The notes under the pieces are model-generated. The model saw only the letters and a program-made list of their open reading frames with translations, searched no databases and had not been told where the DNA came from. A DNA stretch of 64,000 nt from Azolla caroliniana (Eukaryota > Plantae > Polypodiophyta): assembly GCA_043228905.1 (NCBI GenBank), contig JBHGNT010000009.1, positions 9,734,001-9,798,000 on the forward strand, written 5' to 3'. The position numbers and the translations under genes are program-made. Below, piece after piece: positions 49,873 to 61,576 of the stretch; position 1 is the stretch's first letter; each line of letters begins with the position of its first letter.

Positions 49873-52800
49873 GCGTTCCAGTGCTCCTTACCGGGATTCC
49901 TCATAAACCTACTCACCACTCCGACTGCATATCCAATATTCGGTCGAGTACACACCATTGTGTACATTAAGCTCCCAACGACAAAGGCATATGGAACCTT
50001 CATCATATCGTCCTTCTTTGCTTTCGTCTTCGGGATTTGCTTACCGGATAATCTGCAGTTTGTCGGGAGTGTCGATCCGACCGGTTTCGCTTCTAACATG
50101 TTGAACCGCTGAAGCACCTTTGTCACGTATTTCTCCTATGACAACCACAATTGCTTCTTTGACCCATCCCGGATGATGTGCATCCCCAATATCTGCCTTG
50201 CCGGGCCCAAGACTTTCATTGAGAAAGTTTGGTTGAGAGCCTTCTTCAAAATCCGTATTTTGACTTGGTCTCGTCCGACGATCAACATGTCGTCCACATA
50301 CAGGAGGAGTATCAGGAAGTCTCCACCTTTAAACTTCTTCACAAATACGCAGTGATCGGCCTGCGTCTTGTTGTACCCTTGATCGGTCATGAAGGAGTTG
50401 AACTTCCGATACCATTGCCGGGGAGCCTGCTTCAGTCCGTATAGGCTCTTCTTCAACCGGCAAACCAGGTGCTCCTTCCCTTTCTCCACGAATCCTTCCA
50501 GTTGCTACATGTAGATCTCCTCTTTGAGGTCACCGTGAAGGACTGCCGTCTTCACATCCAGCTGCTCTACCTTGAGGTCCATGCTTGCCGCTATACTCAG
50601 CACCGTCCAGTTGGAAGTCATCTTTACTACCGGGGCAAAAATCTCGTCGAAGTCCACACCCTTCTTCTGTTGGAACCCCTTGACCACGATCTTGGCTTTG
50701 TATCTCGGAGGGTTGCCGACATCTCCCGGTTTCAACTTGTACACCCACTTGTTTCGGAGTGCCCTCTTTCCTTTCGGAAAATCCACCAATTCATACATGT
50801 GGTTCTCATGCAAGGAATCCATCTCGTCGAGCATGGCACTCAACCACTTGCGGTTGTTGGTGTCATCCTTCACTTCTTTCAAGCTTTCCGACTCTCCTTC
50901 ATCGGTCAACAGCACATGCTCTACATCCGGAAATCTCCGGGGGGGCCTTCTCTCTCTCTGAGGATATCTCCGTCTTTGGCTTTCGGCAACCGGATCCTCT
51001 ATTTGTTCTTCATCCGAATCCGATTCGGGGTCTTGGCTGGTTCCGGTTTCACCTATTCCTTCTTCTTCGGCCTGTCTTGTCTCCTTACCGTCATCGGCCG
51101 GTTCATCGAGTGCTAATCGGTCTCTTGCTGGTTGGGTCTGCTCATCATAGAATCGATCCTTATTGGTCGACTCGGAGTTCATTATCTTCTTCTCCGACTC
51201 CTAGTTGGCGAGCGTCTTGTCCTCCATGAAGATAATATCTCGACTCCGGAATACCTTCTTGTCAACCAGGTCCCACACTCGGTAGCCAAACTCATCGTCG
51301 TCGTAACCGAGGAATATGCATGGCCGGGTCTTCGGATCTAATTTTCCTCTCCGGTCCTTAGCTACATGCACATACGCAAGACACCCAAATACCATTAGAT
51401 GCTGGTAGGACACTTCCTTACCGGTCCAGACTCTCTGTGGCGTGTCTCCATCCAAGGGTACTGAGGATGATCTGTTTATCACATATGTCGCCATCGACAG
51501 TGCCTCAACCCAAAACTTCTTGGGTAGTTTTGCATGTGCCAACATACTCCGGACCCTCTCCATTATGGTCCGGTTCATCCTCTCGGCTAGCTCGTTTAGT
51601 TCCGGCGTCTTTGGCACGGTAAATTCGAGCCGGATTCCCTTCGAGTGGCAGTACTCCTCGAACTGCCCCTGGTATTCTCCTCTGTTATCTGCTCGAACCG
51701 CCTTCAGCTTCCGACCGGTTTCTCTTTCCACTCTCTTGTGGAGTTCTTTGAAGACGGATAGCACCTGATCCTTCGTCTGCAACAGTGTGGCCCACAGCTT
51801 TCGGCTGTGGTCATCTATGAACATCACGAAGTACTACGATACGGCATGTGACTTCGTGTCCACTTGACACACATCAGTATGCACCAACTGTAGTGTAGCA
51901 TTACGTCTCATCGGTGGCCTTGGTCGGAAGGAGGTCCGGTTTTGCTTACCGGCCAGAAAATCAGTGCACTTCTCCAAGTGCACGTTCTTCACTGGAATGA
52001 GGTTGTTGTCTGCAAGCCTCTTCATCCCCTTCTCACTCATGTGACACAGCCTCTTGTGCCACAGCTCACCGGTAGGGTCGGAAGCCATGTTCACTTCTTC
52101 TGAGCATAACCGGGCATTCATCAGTTACAACTTGTTGACCTTCTGGGCACGAGCCACAATCAGGCTCCCATTGCTGAACTTCATAACACTGTTCCGGATG
52201 CTACCCGTGTAGCCTTCATCATCTAGCCGGCCGGTTGATATCAGGTTCATTCGAACCTCCGGAACGTGTCGGACATCCTTCAGCAGCAACTTGCATCCGG
52301 TTGGTGTTGTCAACCACACATGTCCTATGCCGACAATTCGGCATGTACCTTCATTCCCCATCCAGACACAGCTGTGATCACCGGCTGAGTTGGATGAGAA
52401 GCATTTCCGGTCCGGGGTAAGGTGGAACGACGTGCCGGAATCGACAAGCCACGTTGTCTCGTCACCTGCAAGGTTCAACTCACTCTCCTCGGTGATGAGC
52501 ATCAACTCTTCTTCACTTGCCACGATTTCCGTCATTCCCTTCCGGTCTGTTCCCCTCCGGTCTTTACCGTTCCGATCTGGTGTCCGCTTCGAATTGGTAC
52601 CATCGGTTTCCTTGTCTTTTCGGAAGTGCCGACAGTTCTTTTGGAAGTGTCCCGGCTTGCCGCAATAGAAGCAGGTAGGCCTCCCCCTTGACTTTGACCG
52701 TGTCCCCGACTTTTCCCGGTTCTGGGGACTACGGTTCCTTTGTCTTCCGCATTCCGATTCGATAAGGAACGCTTTGGAGTCGGAGCTCGTATCCTTATCT

Positions 52801-54352
52801 TTTCGACGGGCCTCCTCATCTAGCAAGCCTGACTTCACTCTTGCTAGGGATAACCATTTCCCTTCCGGCCCGGCGTTGCCCAAAGTGACGACCAACGTCT
52901 CCCAACTATCTGGGAGGGAACCGAGCAGGAGTAGTGCTAGTACCTCATCGGCGAGAGGTACTTCTAATGATGTTGCCTGGTGTATCAGCCCCTGGAAGAC
53001 ATTCATGTGCTCCGCCATGCTGGAGCCATCTTGGTACTGGAGTCTTACTAGCTTCCGAAATACCGAAACTTGATTAACAACATTTTTGTTCTGAAACATA
53101 ATGCCAATCTTCTCCCAAAGCTCATGAGCCTTGCTCTCTTCATTGAAGTTGTTGTATAGACTCATGTCGATGAAGCACCGTATGTATGCCGTTGTCTTCA
53201 TGTGCATCACCTCCCATATCGTGGCATCGATTTTGTCCGGTCTCTTGTCCCCGAACTGAACCGGCAACCAAAGATCTTTAACCACGTGCATGTCCCTCAT
53301 CTTCGACTTCCAAGCTGAATAGTTGGAGCCGATGAGCTGGAACATGCCTCCGAATGAATCGTCCATTTTTCTGTGTCGTTTCGCTCTGATACCAGTTTGA
53401 AAGGAATACGGTTTCCTTAAGCTATGCTCGGCCACAACCGAGGCGTTGGATCAATCACAGGAAAAAAAACTGGGATGTGGAGAGATGTATCTACACACAA
53501 AATAGTAAAGAGGAAGAGTGCACTGGATGTTTACGTGGAAAACCCAAATTTGGGAAAAACCACGCAACCCTCAGACTGCAAAATATCACTATGTTAAGAT
53601 TACAACAATGGGGCACAGAGGCAACGACCTCTTCCTCTCTCTCTCTCTTCTCTGTACGCAATTACACTCTAAATTATCGCGACAACGATAATAATACAAC
53701 TAGCTCTACATACATACAATTAAGTTTGGCCTAGGTCATATTTATACTAATATGACTTTCAGGCTATTTACAAATATAGCCCCAGTGGGCTTTTTGGAAC
53801 ATATTTACATATATGTCAACTATGAGAGGTTCTCACCGGGCCTGCTCCACATCCGGTTCTCACCGGGTCTTCTGTTGCTAGGTAGTCGTCATCAGGTTCT
53901 CACCGGGTCTTCCGTTGCCGGGTACTCCACATCCGGTTCTCACTGGGTCTTCCGTTGCCAGGTACTCCACATCCGGTTCTCATCGGGTCTTCCATTGCTG
54001 GGTGCTCCACATCCGGTTCTCACCGGGTCTTCCGTTGTCGGGTGCTCCACATCCGGTTCTCATCGGGTCTTCCGTTGCTGAGTTACTCATCAACACTGTT
54101 CTTCTCACTTCCCATCTGGAGGGACCTGTTTCCTAACAAATACATCACTCCCTCTTTAAACAAACCCAACTAGAGGCTTTTATAGGTCTCGCCATGCTTG
54201 TAATATGCACAAATCATGGGTTAAAATCATGTTTTTTCTTATGACATGCACAAAACCATAGGTTTAAACCATTGTTTTGTGCACACGGTTTTATACATTT
54301 GTTTCTTATGAATACTAAATATGAGAAGAAAATGCACAAAATCTACAACATT

Positions 54353-54425
54353 TAGTAATAGCTTTAGTGGTAGGACAATTGTCTCCTGTCTTGGAGGTGT
54401 AAGGTTCAAAACCTTACTTGCACCC
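54353..54425 (+). other. tRNA-like Pol III promoter cassette inside a gypsy LTR (antisense)
   Basis: TAGCTTTAGTGG A box; T-arm GTAAGG-TTCAAAA-CCTTAC; homologous to 60844-60912. Confidence 0.6.
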
Positions 54426-54875
54426 CTTGTTATGTACAAAAATCCCGCTAGACCCTGGGCTTATTTTCAAGTGTTTGTATATTACACTTGCACATGTTTA
54501 ACCTTAGATCTAACCTTTGTTTCCCGGTTCTCATTTCTTTCCTATTTACAAAATGCTAGTGTACGCGTATGACCAACACCCCTTTCACACGTGCTCATTT
54601 CACCTTCTCAATTTTGTCCGTTCCACATGATTTTCACACCGTTGCCGAAAATCTTCACGACATCCAACCCCACCAAAGAACACGTCCTCTGGTATATGCC
54701 AAGAAGAGAGTGCGAGATTTCTGCTATGGTGATTAATGAGATTCTGCCACATCCTCGTTGCCCTCGCTTATGTTTGTGGGTTCTACCCTATTATCTTCAT
54801 CGTTTAGGTGATCAAGGTCAAGACCCTCGTCTTGTATTTTCTTGAAGATCTTTACTCTTTTCCCTTCATTGGGTA

Positions 54876-55448
54876 TGAAAAGGATATTGTGCAGAAGCTA
54901 AGACAAAACCGGCTAGTCCTGTTAACAACAGAACATAGAACGTAGGTTGAATGGAAAGCTTGAATACACAGGAGAGACAGAGAGAGAGCAGAAAAACATA
55001 AACTCAATTTCAAAATATCACTCTGTACATACAAATGTCGCACAAAACACTTTTTATACAATTCCTTAAAAGGATTGTAATGTACTTCAATACTCATACG
55101 AGCAACTGACACTAACTCCAAGGAATATGCCTACATACTGGGCTCGGACCGTAGGCTCCAACGGCCTACCGGTCTTCACTATTCCGGAGTACAGTCTAGT
55201 TCTCAGGTCCGGCTCTAGATTTTGGATACCAATCTATCCGAACACCGATCTGGGTACCTATCTGGCTTTGGTTTATTCAGTCAATCGGGATCCGGTGGAG
55301 CTTGCCCGCTCAACACTCCCCCTCAAGCTTAACTTGAGGTCGGATCACTATGTGTGTTCGCCGGTCCTTTCCTCCGACTCCTCCTGGCGTCTTCTCACTT
55401 GGATTGAGCTCCTCGTCCAGTCCGGTTCCTTTTTCCACGAACCGTCCA
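54876..55448 (-). mobile_element. Copia family B 3' LTR (54876-55315), PPT and 3' region; continues at 60367-60380
   Basis: Homology to 25888-26285 and 31037-31640; CTCCCCCTCAAG at 55316. Confidence 0.8.
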
Positions 55449-58400
55449 TGTTGGTAAATGTCGACAGTTATGCGGAAGTGTGTGTTCGGATCTTATGGCT
55501 ATGAACAACAAACAACATACACATAGAAGATGTGTTTCTCTCTCTCAGAGATTACACTCGTCTACACATCATCTCTCTCATTACAATGTTAGATATTCGC
55601 TTATATACTAAGCCCTAACTTATTACCGAGTTCACACGAGGACGGATACAATTTGGAAGGAGCTAGCCTTTTATGCCAACAAACTCCCCCGTAAAAGGAC
55701 TACTCTTTCTTGTATGTACAAGTGTATCTTCGTCCTTAGTGTTCCGAAGTGTTGATCTGGGAGTGGCTTCGTCAAGCAATCAACAATGTTCACCTCGGTG
55801 TTGATCTTCCAAACTTCGAGTTTCTTCTTGGTCACGAGCTCCCGGATATGATGATACTGCACCTCAATGTGCTTCATCTTCGCATGGTAGACGGGATTTT
55901 TGATGAGGTGTATTGCGCTCTGTGAGTCACAATAGATGGTCGGCACTAGTCGGTCTATTGGGTTTGCAGTTCCGAAATCGGTAGACAATCGGTGCAGCTA
56001 GATCGCTTCCTTCGCTGCTTCCGATGTTGCTATGTACTCGACTTCTGTGGTAGACAGAGCCGTGCACTCTTGTAGTTTCGACCTCCATGATATTGCATTG
56101 CCACCATAGGTGAAGATGTAGCTTCATGTCGATTTCCGATTGTCCGTGTTTCCGGCATAGTCGGAATCGGTGTAGCCTTCGACTTCGGTTGATGTTGTCG
56201 AACCAAATGTCAGTTGTGCATCCGTGGTTCCTTTCAGATACCTAAGGATGTGCTTTACGGCCTCCCAATGCTTCTTTCTTGGGTTTGACATGTACCGGTT
56301 GACCACCTCTACGGCATAGACTAGGTCGGGTCGGGTCACCACCATTTCGTACATGATACTTCCTATTGCCGATGCGTAGGGTATCTTTCCATTAAGCTCT
56401 CTCTCCTTGTCTGTTGTAGGAGAGTCTTCTGTCCGATAGTCTGATCGACGTCGGAAGCGGTGTCGGTGCTAGCTTCGCGTTCTTCATGTTGAAACGCTCC
56501 AACACCTTCCGGATGTATTCGGACTAGCAAAGTCGGAGAGTTTTGGACGTCCGATTTCGCTCTATCCTCATGCCTAGTATGTGTCGGGCTTGTCCGAGTT
56601 CCTTCATCGCGAACTCTGCGTGAAGGCTCCACTTGAGCTTTCCGATCTCTGCTTGATTTCTCCTTGCAATCAGCATGCCGTCGACATAAAGGATCAGATA
56701 GATCCTAGACTCGTCGGCCAGTTGCCGAACATACGTGCATGGGTCGGAGTCTGATCTATTGTATCCATGCTGCCTTATGTGGGAGTCGAACTTCTGGTAC
56801 CACATTCTCGGTGCTTGTTTGAGGCCATATAGACTTTTCTTTAGTTTGCATACGAGGTGACTGTCCTCCCCCGTCGCCGTGAAGCCTGCCGGTTGAGACT
56901 TGTATATGTCTTCTTCCGGATCTCCGTGTAGGAATGCCGTCTTTACATCCATCTGCTCGAGCTCTAGGTCTTCTGTCGCTACGACTCCTAGTAGGAGTTG
57001 GAGGGTGGTCATCTTGACTACTGGTGAGAATATCTTCTCGTAGTTGACCTCGTATTCCTGTTTGAATCCTTTCGCGACAAGCCGAGCTTTGTACTTGGGT
57101 TTCTCTGAGTCGGAAACATACTTGTATTGGAACACCCATTTGCAAGGTAGTGGCTTTCTTCCTGTTGGTAGTTCGACCAACTCCCATGTCTGATTCTAAT
57201 GAATCAAGTCCATTTAGGATTTCATGGCTTGCAACCATGTTTTGGCGTCCGGTGCGGCCATAGCTTTGTCATACGTGCTTGGTTCACCTACATCTGTGTA
57301 GTTGACGTAGTCGAGGCCCGGTTGGTAAAACTTTGTTTGCCTTCGAGCTCGTCCATATCTCCTAGGTGCCGTAATATCTGGTTCGGATTCTTCGATCGGT
57401 TCTTTTTGACGATTAGTATTTGTTGATCCAGTTGAGTCGGGAGTCTTGTTCAGTATTCTGCCCCCGGTTTGGGATTTCGGTGGTGTCTGGTTGCTCTCCC
57501 CTGTGGTTGTTTTCAACTCTTTTCTGATTTGTCCCTTGTTGACTCTGCCTTGATCGACTTTCGTTGATTTGGCTCTGTCTTTGATGACTTTGTCTTTGAG
57601 TTCAACGTTGGGACTTATTGCCGATTCAGTGTCGGCTAGTTGGAGTTCAACTGTCTGTTGACTCTCTGATTCGGCCCAGTGGGTCAATCTTTCTACGATG
57701 ACATTGTCATCTTCGAAGGATACCTTCTTGCCCACTGTTTTCTGCTAGTTCCGTTGAGAGAAGATAGAGTCTTCATTGAAGACTACGTCGCTGCTTCGGA
57801 TCAATTTCCGGTTCTCAGGGTCCCATAGCCGATAGCCGAAGTCCCCATTGGTTCCATAACCGAGAAATATGCACTTTGTTGCATGGGGTGCCAACTTCGG
57901 CCTTTTGTCCCTGGGGATGAACGTGTAGGCTTCGCATCCAAATATACAGAGCCTATTGTAGGTCGGTTTTTTGCCTGATCATAGTGCTTGTGGCACTTCG
58001 AGCTTGATTGCTCTTGACGGCACTAGATTTATCAAGTACACTGCCGTCTGCAATGCCTCGACCCAGAATTGCAGCTTCAGTCCAGCTTGTTGGAGCATTG
58101 TTGTCACCCTCTCCTGGATCGTTCGGTTGATCCGTTCAGCCACCCCATTATGCATGGGTGTCTAAGGAACGACCTTTTGATGCCAAATCCCTTTTTTGGA
58201 TAGGTACTGTTTGAAGGCTCTGGAGGTGTACTCACCTCCATTGTCGGATCAGATTGTCTTCACTCTGTGTCCCGACCGGGTCTCCACTTCAGATATCCAT
58301 CGAGTGAAGACCTGGAGCACTTCATCTTTGGACTTGATGGAGTATGCCCAAATTTTCCATGTATAGTCATCTACAAATGTGATGAAGTACCGGGAGCCTC

Positions 58401-60366
58401 CTAGTGATGGCTCTAGCATGGGCCCACATATGTCTGTGTGCACGAGCTCTAGGGGTTGTCGTATTGTCTCGTATTGGAGAGAGTGCGGACTTCGGATCTG
58501 TTTCCCATATTGACAATACTCGCAAAAGTCCGTCTTTGCCCAGAGTTTCGGGATGTAGCTGACTGACATCAGCCGATCAAGTCCGGCTTGAGACATTTGG
58601 CCAAGTCGGCCATGCCATAAGTTCAGGTTGGTTTTCTTGGCTACGTTCACGACCCCTTTAGAGTTGATCACCATCAATGGGTGTAGATTGTTGAACTTGT
58701 ACCCACTCCATTTTTAGGTTTCGCCGGATGATCACCCATGTCGACTCGTGTAGAGTCGTTCGATACCCGTCTTCGGCTAACATGCCGATGGAGACCAAAC
58801 TCCTCTTTAGATCGGTACGTGCCGAACTCGATGTAGGATTATTGTGTTGCCATTTGGTATTCTAATGGGAACCTCCCCAGTTTCGACTATCTTTCACTCG
58901 TGCCCGTTTCCCAGTCAGACTGTGCCGCTGGTGTCGGTTGAATAGTTCAAGAACCATTCAACATTGGGGGCCACGTGACATGTGGCACTAGAGTCTAGTA
59001 GCCACGTGTGTGCAACTTGTGCACTATAGAGGACTTATCCAATCATCGAATCCTCTAGGGAGAGGATTTCTCCGAATTGGGTGTCGACAACATTGATCTG
59101 GTTGCCGACTGGAGAGTGGTCCGAGTCAGAATGGCCCCGATTCCACTCGGAGCGCCGACCACTCTCTTTTCTTTTTATATATGACCAGCAGTCGGAAACA
59201 TTGTGGCCAGCTTTCTTGCAGTGTGTGCAGTACTCGCTTGTTCGGCCCGTTTTCGACTTCGATCGTTGTCGGTCTCCCGTCGTTCTCGATCGGCTGTATT
59301 GTCGACTGGTTCTGTCGGCTTGTTCTTTCAGTCGACTCTATCGGTCGAACGACTTGGTCGAGTGGTGGGCTTCTGCCGACCCGTCGATGGATAATCCCAT
59401 CGATTTTCTCCTGATGTCCTCTGTGAGGACTTGGCTGGTTGTTTCATTCAAATTTAGGATCGGTCGGCTATTGGCGTATGTCGCATAGAATACCTCCCAA
59501 CTCGCCGGCAAACTCGATAGGAGGGCAAGGGCTTTCACTTCTTCTTCGAAGTTGATCCCTTGGGACGAGGGATCTGACAACACCCGGCTGAAGGTTTGAT
59601 GTGGGAGGTTGCCGGATCAGTCTCTTTCATCTTCATGTTGAACAATTGTTTGATCAAGATCAATTTTGAAGATGAGGACTTCTTCTCATATACGGCCTCT
59701 AATTTCTCCCACAATGAGAACGTTGTCGTCTCTCTTGCCATGCTGAAATAAACGTTTTCAGCCAAATGCATTCGGATGGTGGAACGTGTTATTTCGTCCA
59801 TTGATCTCCACTCTTCTGCTGTCATCGAAGCAGGCTTTTCATTATGCCGAATGGCTTCGACCTGTCTTCGGATAATCAACACATCCTGGATCACCTCTTT
59901 CCACAGGGCAAACTTTTTGCCGTCGAACTTTCTGATTTTAACTCCTGTTCCAGATGTTGAAGCCATATTCTTTCTGTGGGTTTGATGTTTCTGACCTGGT
60001 CTTTTCTTTCAGCTTCTTCTTTTGTTACCTGTTGCCGCGACACAAGAGAACACTGCTCTGGTATCTCTTGTTGGTAAATGTCGACAATTATGCGGAAGTG
60101 TGTGTTCGGATCTTATGGCTATGAACAACAAACAACATACACACAGAAGATAGAGAAGGCAGATATAGACTTACATGAATGGAGCTTTAATGGAAAGCTT
60201 CTTATTTCTGCACAACGTGTTTCTCTCTCTCAGAGATTACACTCGTCTACTCGTCATCTCTCTCATTACAATGTTAGGTATTCACTTATATACTAAGCCC
60301 CAACTTATTACCGAGTTCACACTAGGACAGATACAATTTGGAAGGAGTCCGCCTTTTATGCTAACA
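55449..60366 (-). mobile_element. Ty1/copia (Tork-like) with both LTRs (55449-55681, 60069-60366), frameshifted
   Basis: TSD GTCCA/GTTCG (GTCCG with deamination); gag 59966 (KFDGKKFALWK), integrase [17 protein letters not shown], RNase H GYTDSDYAG; degenerate PBS 60055-60066; ~65-bp deletion in the left LTR. Confidence 0.9.
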
Positions 60367-60843
60367 GTTCGGTCCCGCGCTGTCGTGAAGATCCGTCACT
60401 ACGCGCGGATCGTGAGGCGGAACCGCCGGGGTTCTGGACCGGAAGGATTCAAAGTCAGTACAAGATTTGGCGCAAGCTTTAGCAAGAAAGTACTTAAGAT
60501 AGATTGGGAAAGAGAGAAGTTGAGATTACACGATTGAGAGAGATTGATTGAACTTTTAACTTTAGATTTAAGAAACAAGTTACACGATCAATTTGATAAC
60601 GAATTTCTTCCTCTTAATTTTCATAAAAAAAAAACGTGTTTTTTCTCCTTCCCCTTCCTTCTTTTATAGATGCTCTCATGCATATGATGCATGTGAGGGT
60701 ACAAGACATGCATAAATTGCATGTTTGCCATTTGGCGCTTATGTATTACATGTGGTGCATGATAACCATGTCACTCATTTTAGCTCTCATATATGAGAAT
60801 TTACATGTAAAAGTACAATGATAGAAATATAATTTAAACTAAA

Positions 60844-60912
60844 TAGCATAGCTTAATGGTAAGCAAATTGACGCCTAACTTGGAGGTGCAAGGTTCGAAT
60901 CCTTACTTGCCC
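60844..60912 (+). other. tRNA-like Pol III promoter cassette inside a gypsy LTR (antisense), followed by a TA-rich tract and GCCGGAT-type repeats (60960-61125)
   Basis: D-arm GCTT-AATGGT-AAGC with A box; perfect B box GGTTCGAATCC in a T-arm; acceptor and anticodon stems not intact. Confidence 0.7.
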
Positions 60913-61576
60913 TCCTTGTATATGTATATATGTATATATATTTATATATTTATTTATCTAGTCGCCAGACGCCGGTTCGTCGGATGTCGTTGTCTCACCG
61001 GCATCGGATGCCGTTGCCGGTTGCCGCCGGATGCCGTCGGTTACCGGTGCCTCGCCGGATGCCGTCGTCTCGCCGAATGCCGGATTGCCGTCGAATGCCG
61101 CCGGATCACCGGCTCCATTGCCGGTCCGGTTTTGGTTGGCCAAAACCCTTTACGAGTAGCTAGCCCACCTCCACTCTTAGTTCAAGTTACCTTGAACTCT
61201 CTATGCTCCACACATAGACATAAAGATAATATCTTTTGCTCTACCTTATATATGATGAGAGCCGTATTTGTCGTGCCTATGTGGGATATCTCACAATTTT
61301 CTCTTTTCCTTTCACAAACTTTATACCCTCATATCTTGACATTTAGTTGTTTGTTTCTCGTGTAATAAAGTGCATTCGAAACCTCCATCATTTTGTACTT
61401 AGATATTAAAAATGTTATCTTCACAATTATTGTATTATGTGATTCATACTCGATTTCGTACGTTTTATGGGATTTTCACACTATTGCCGAAAATCTTCAC
61501 GACATCCACCCCCACCAAACCGCACGTCCTCCGGTACGTGCCAAGAAGAGAGAAAGTGAGATTTCGGCGACGATGA

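Larger units (their letters stand above)
44332..54138 (-). mobile_element. Tnt1/Tork-like Ty1/copia (5' LTR 53398-54138; 3' LTR 44332-~44728 truncated)
   Basis: TSD AATAT/AATAC; PBS 53383-53394; gag from 53366 (CFYCGKPGHFQKNC), protease WLVDSG, integrase, RT LYVDDML; 40-bp tandem repeat at 53830-54090 in the LTR. Confidence 0.92.
44107..54875 (-). mobile_element. Gypsy (TGTYGTGAAG clade) 3' LTR split by a copia (44107-44331 and 54139-54662), plus PPT and integrase end (to 54875)
   Basis: TGTCGAGG at 44107 and ATCTTCACGACA at 54662; PPT and 3' UTR match 61505-61580; integrase tail GKRVKIFKK. Confidence 0.8.

Noticed and set aside
53367-53435. ORF-track N-terminus MAEHSLRKP of the 436-aa gag
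   Set aside because: It lies in the LTR/PBS; the likely start is the ATG at 53366.
53830-54090. CRISPR-like array or repeat-protein ORFs (also 17869-18191)
   Set aside because: Head-to-tail tandem repeats without unique spacers, inside LTRs; the ORFs are by-products of the repeats.
60844-60912. Functional tRNA gene
   Set aside because: Acceptor and anticodon stems do not pair and there is no adjacent clean oligo-T terminator; reported as tRNA-like only.
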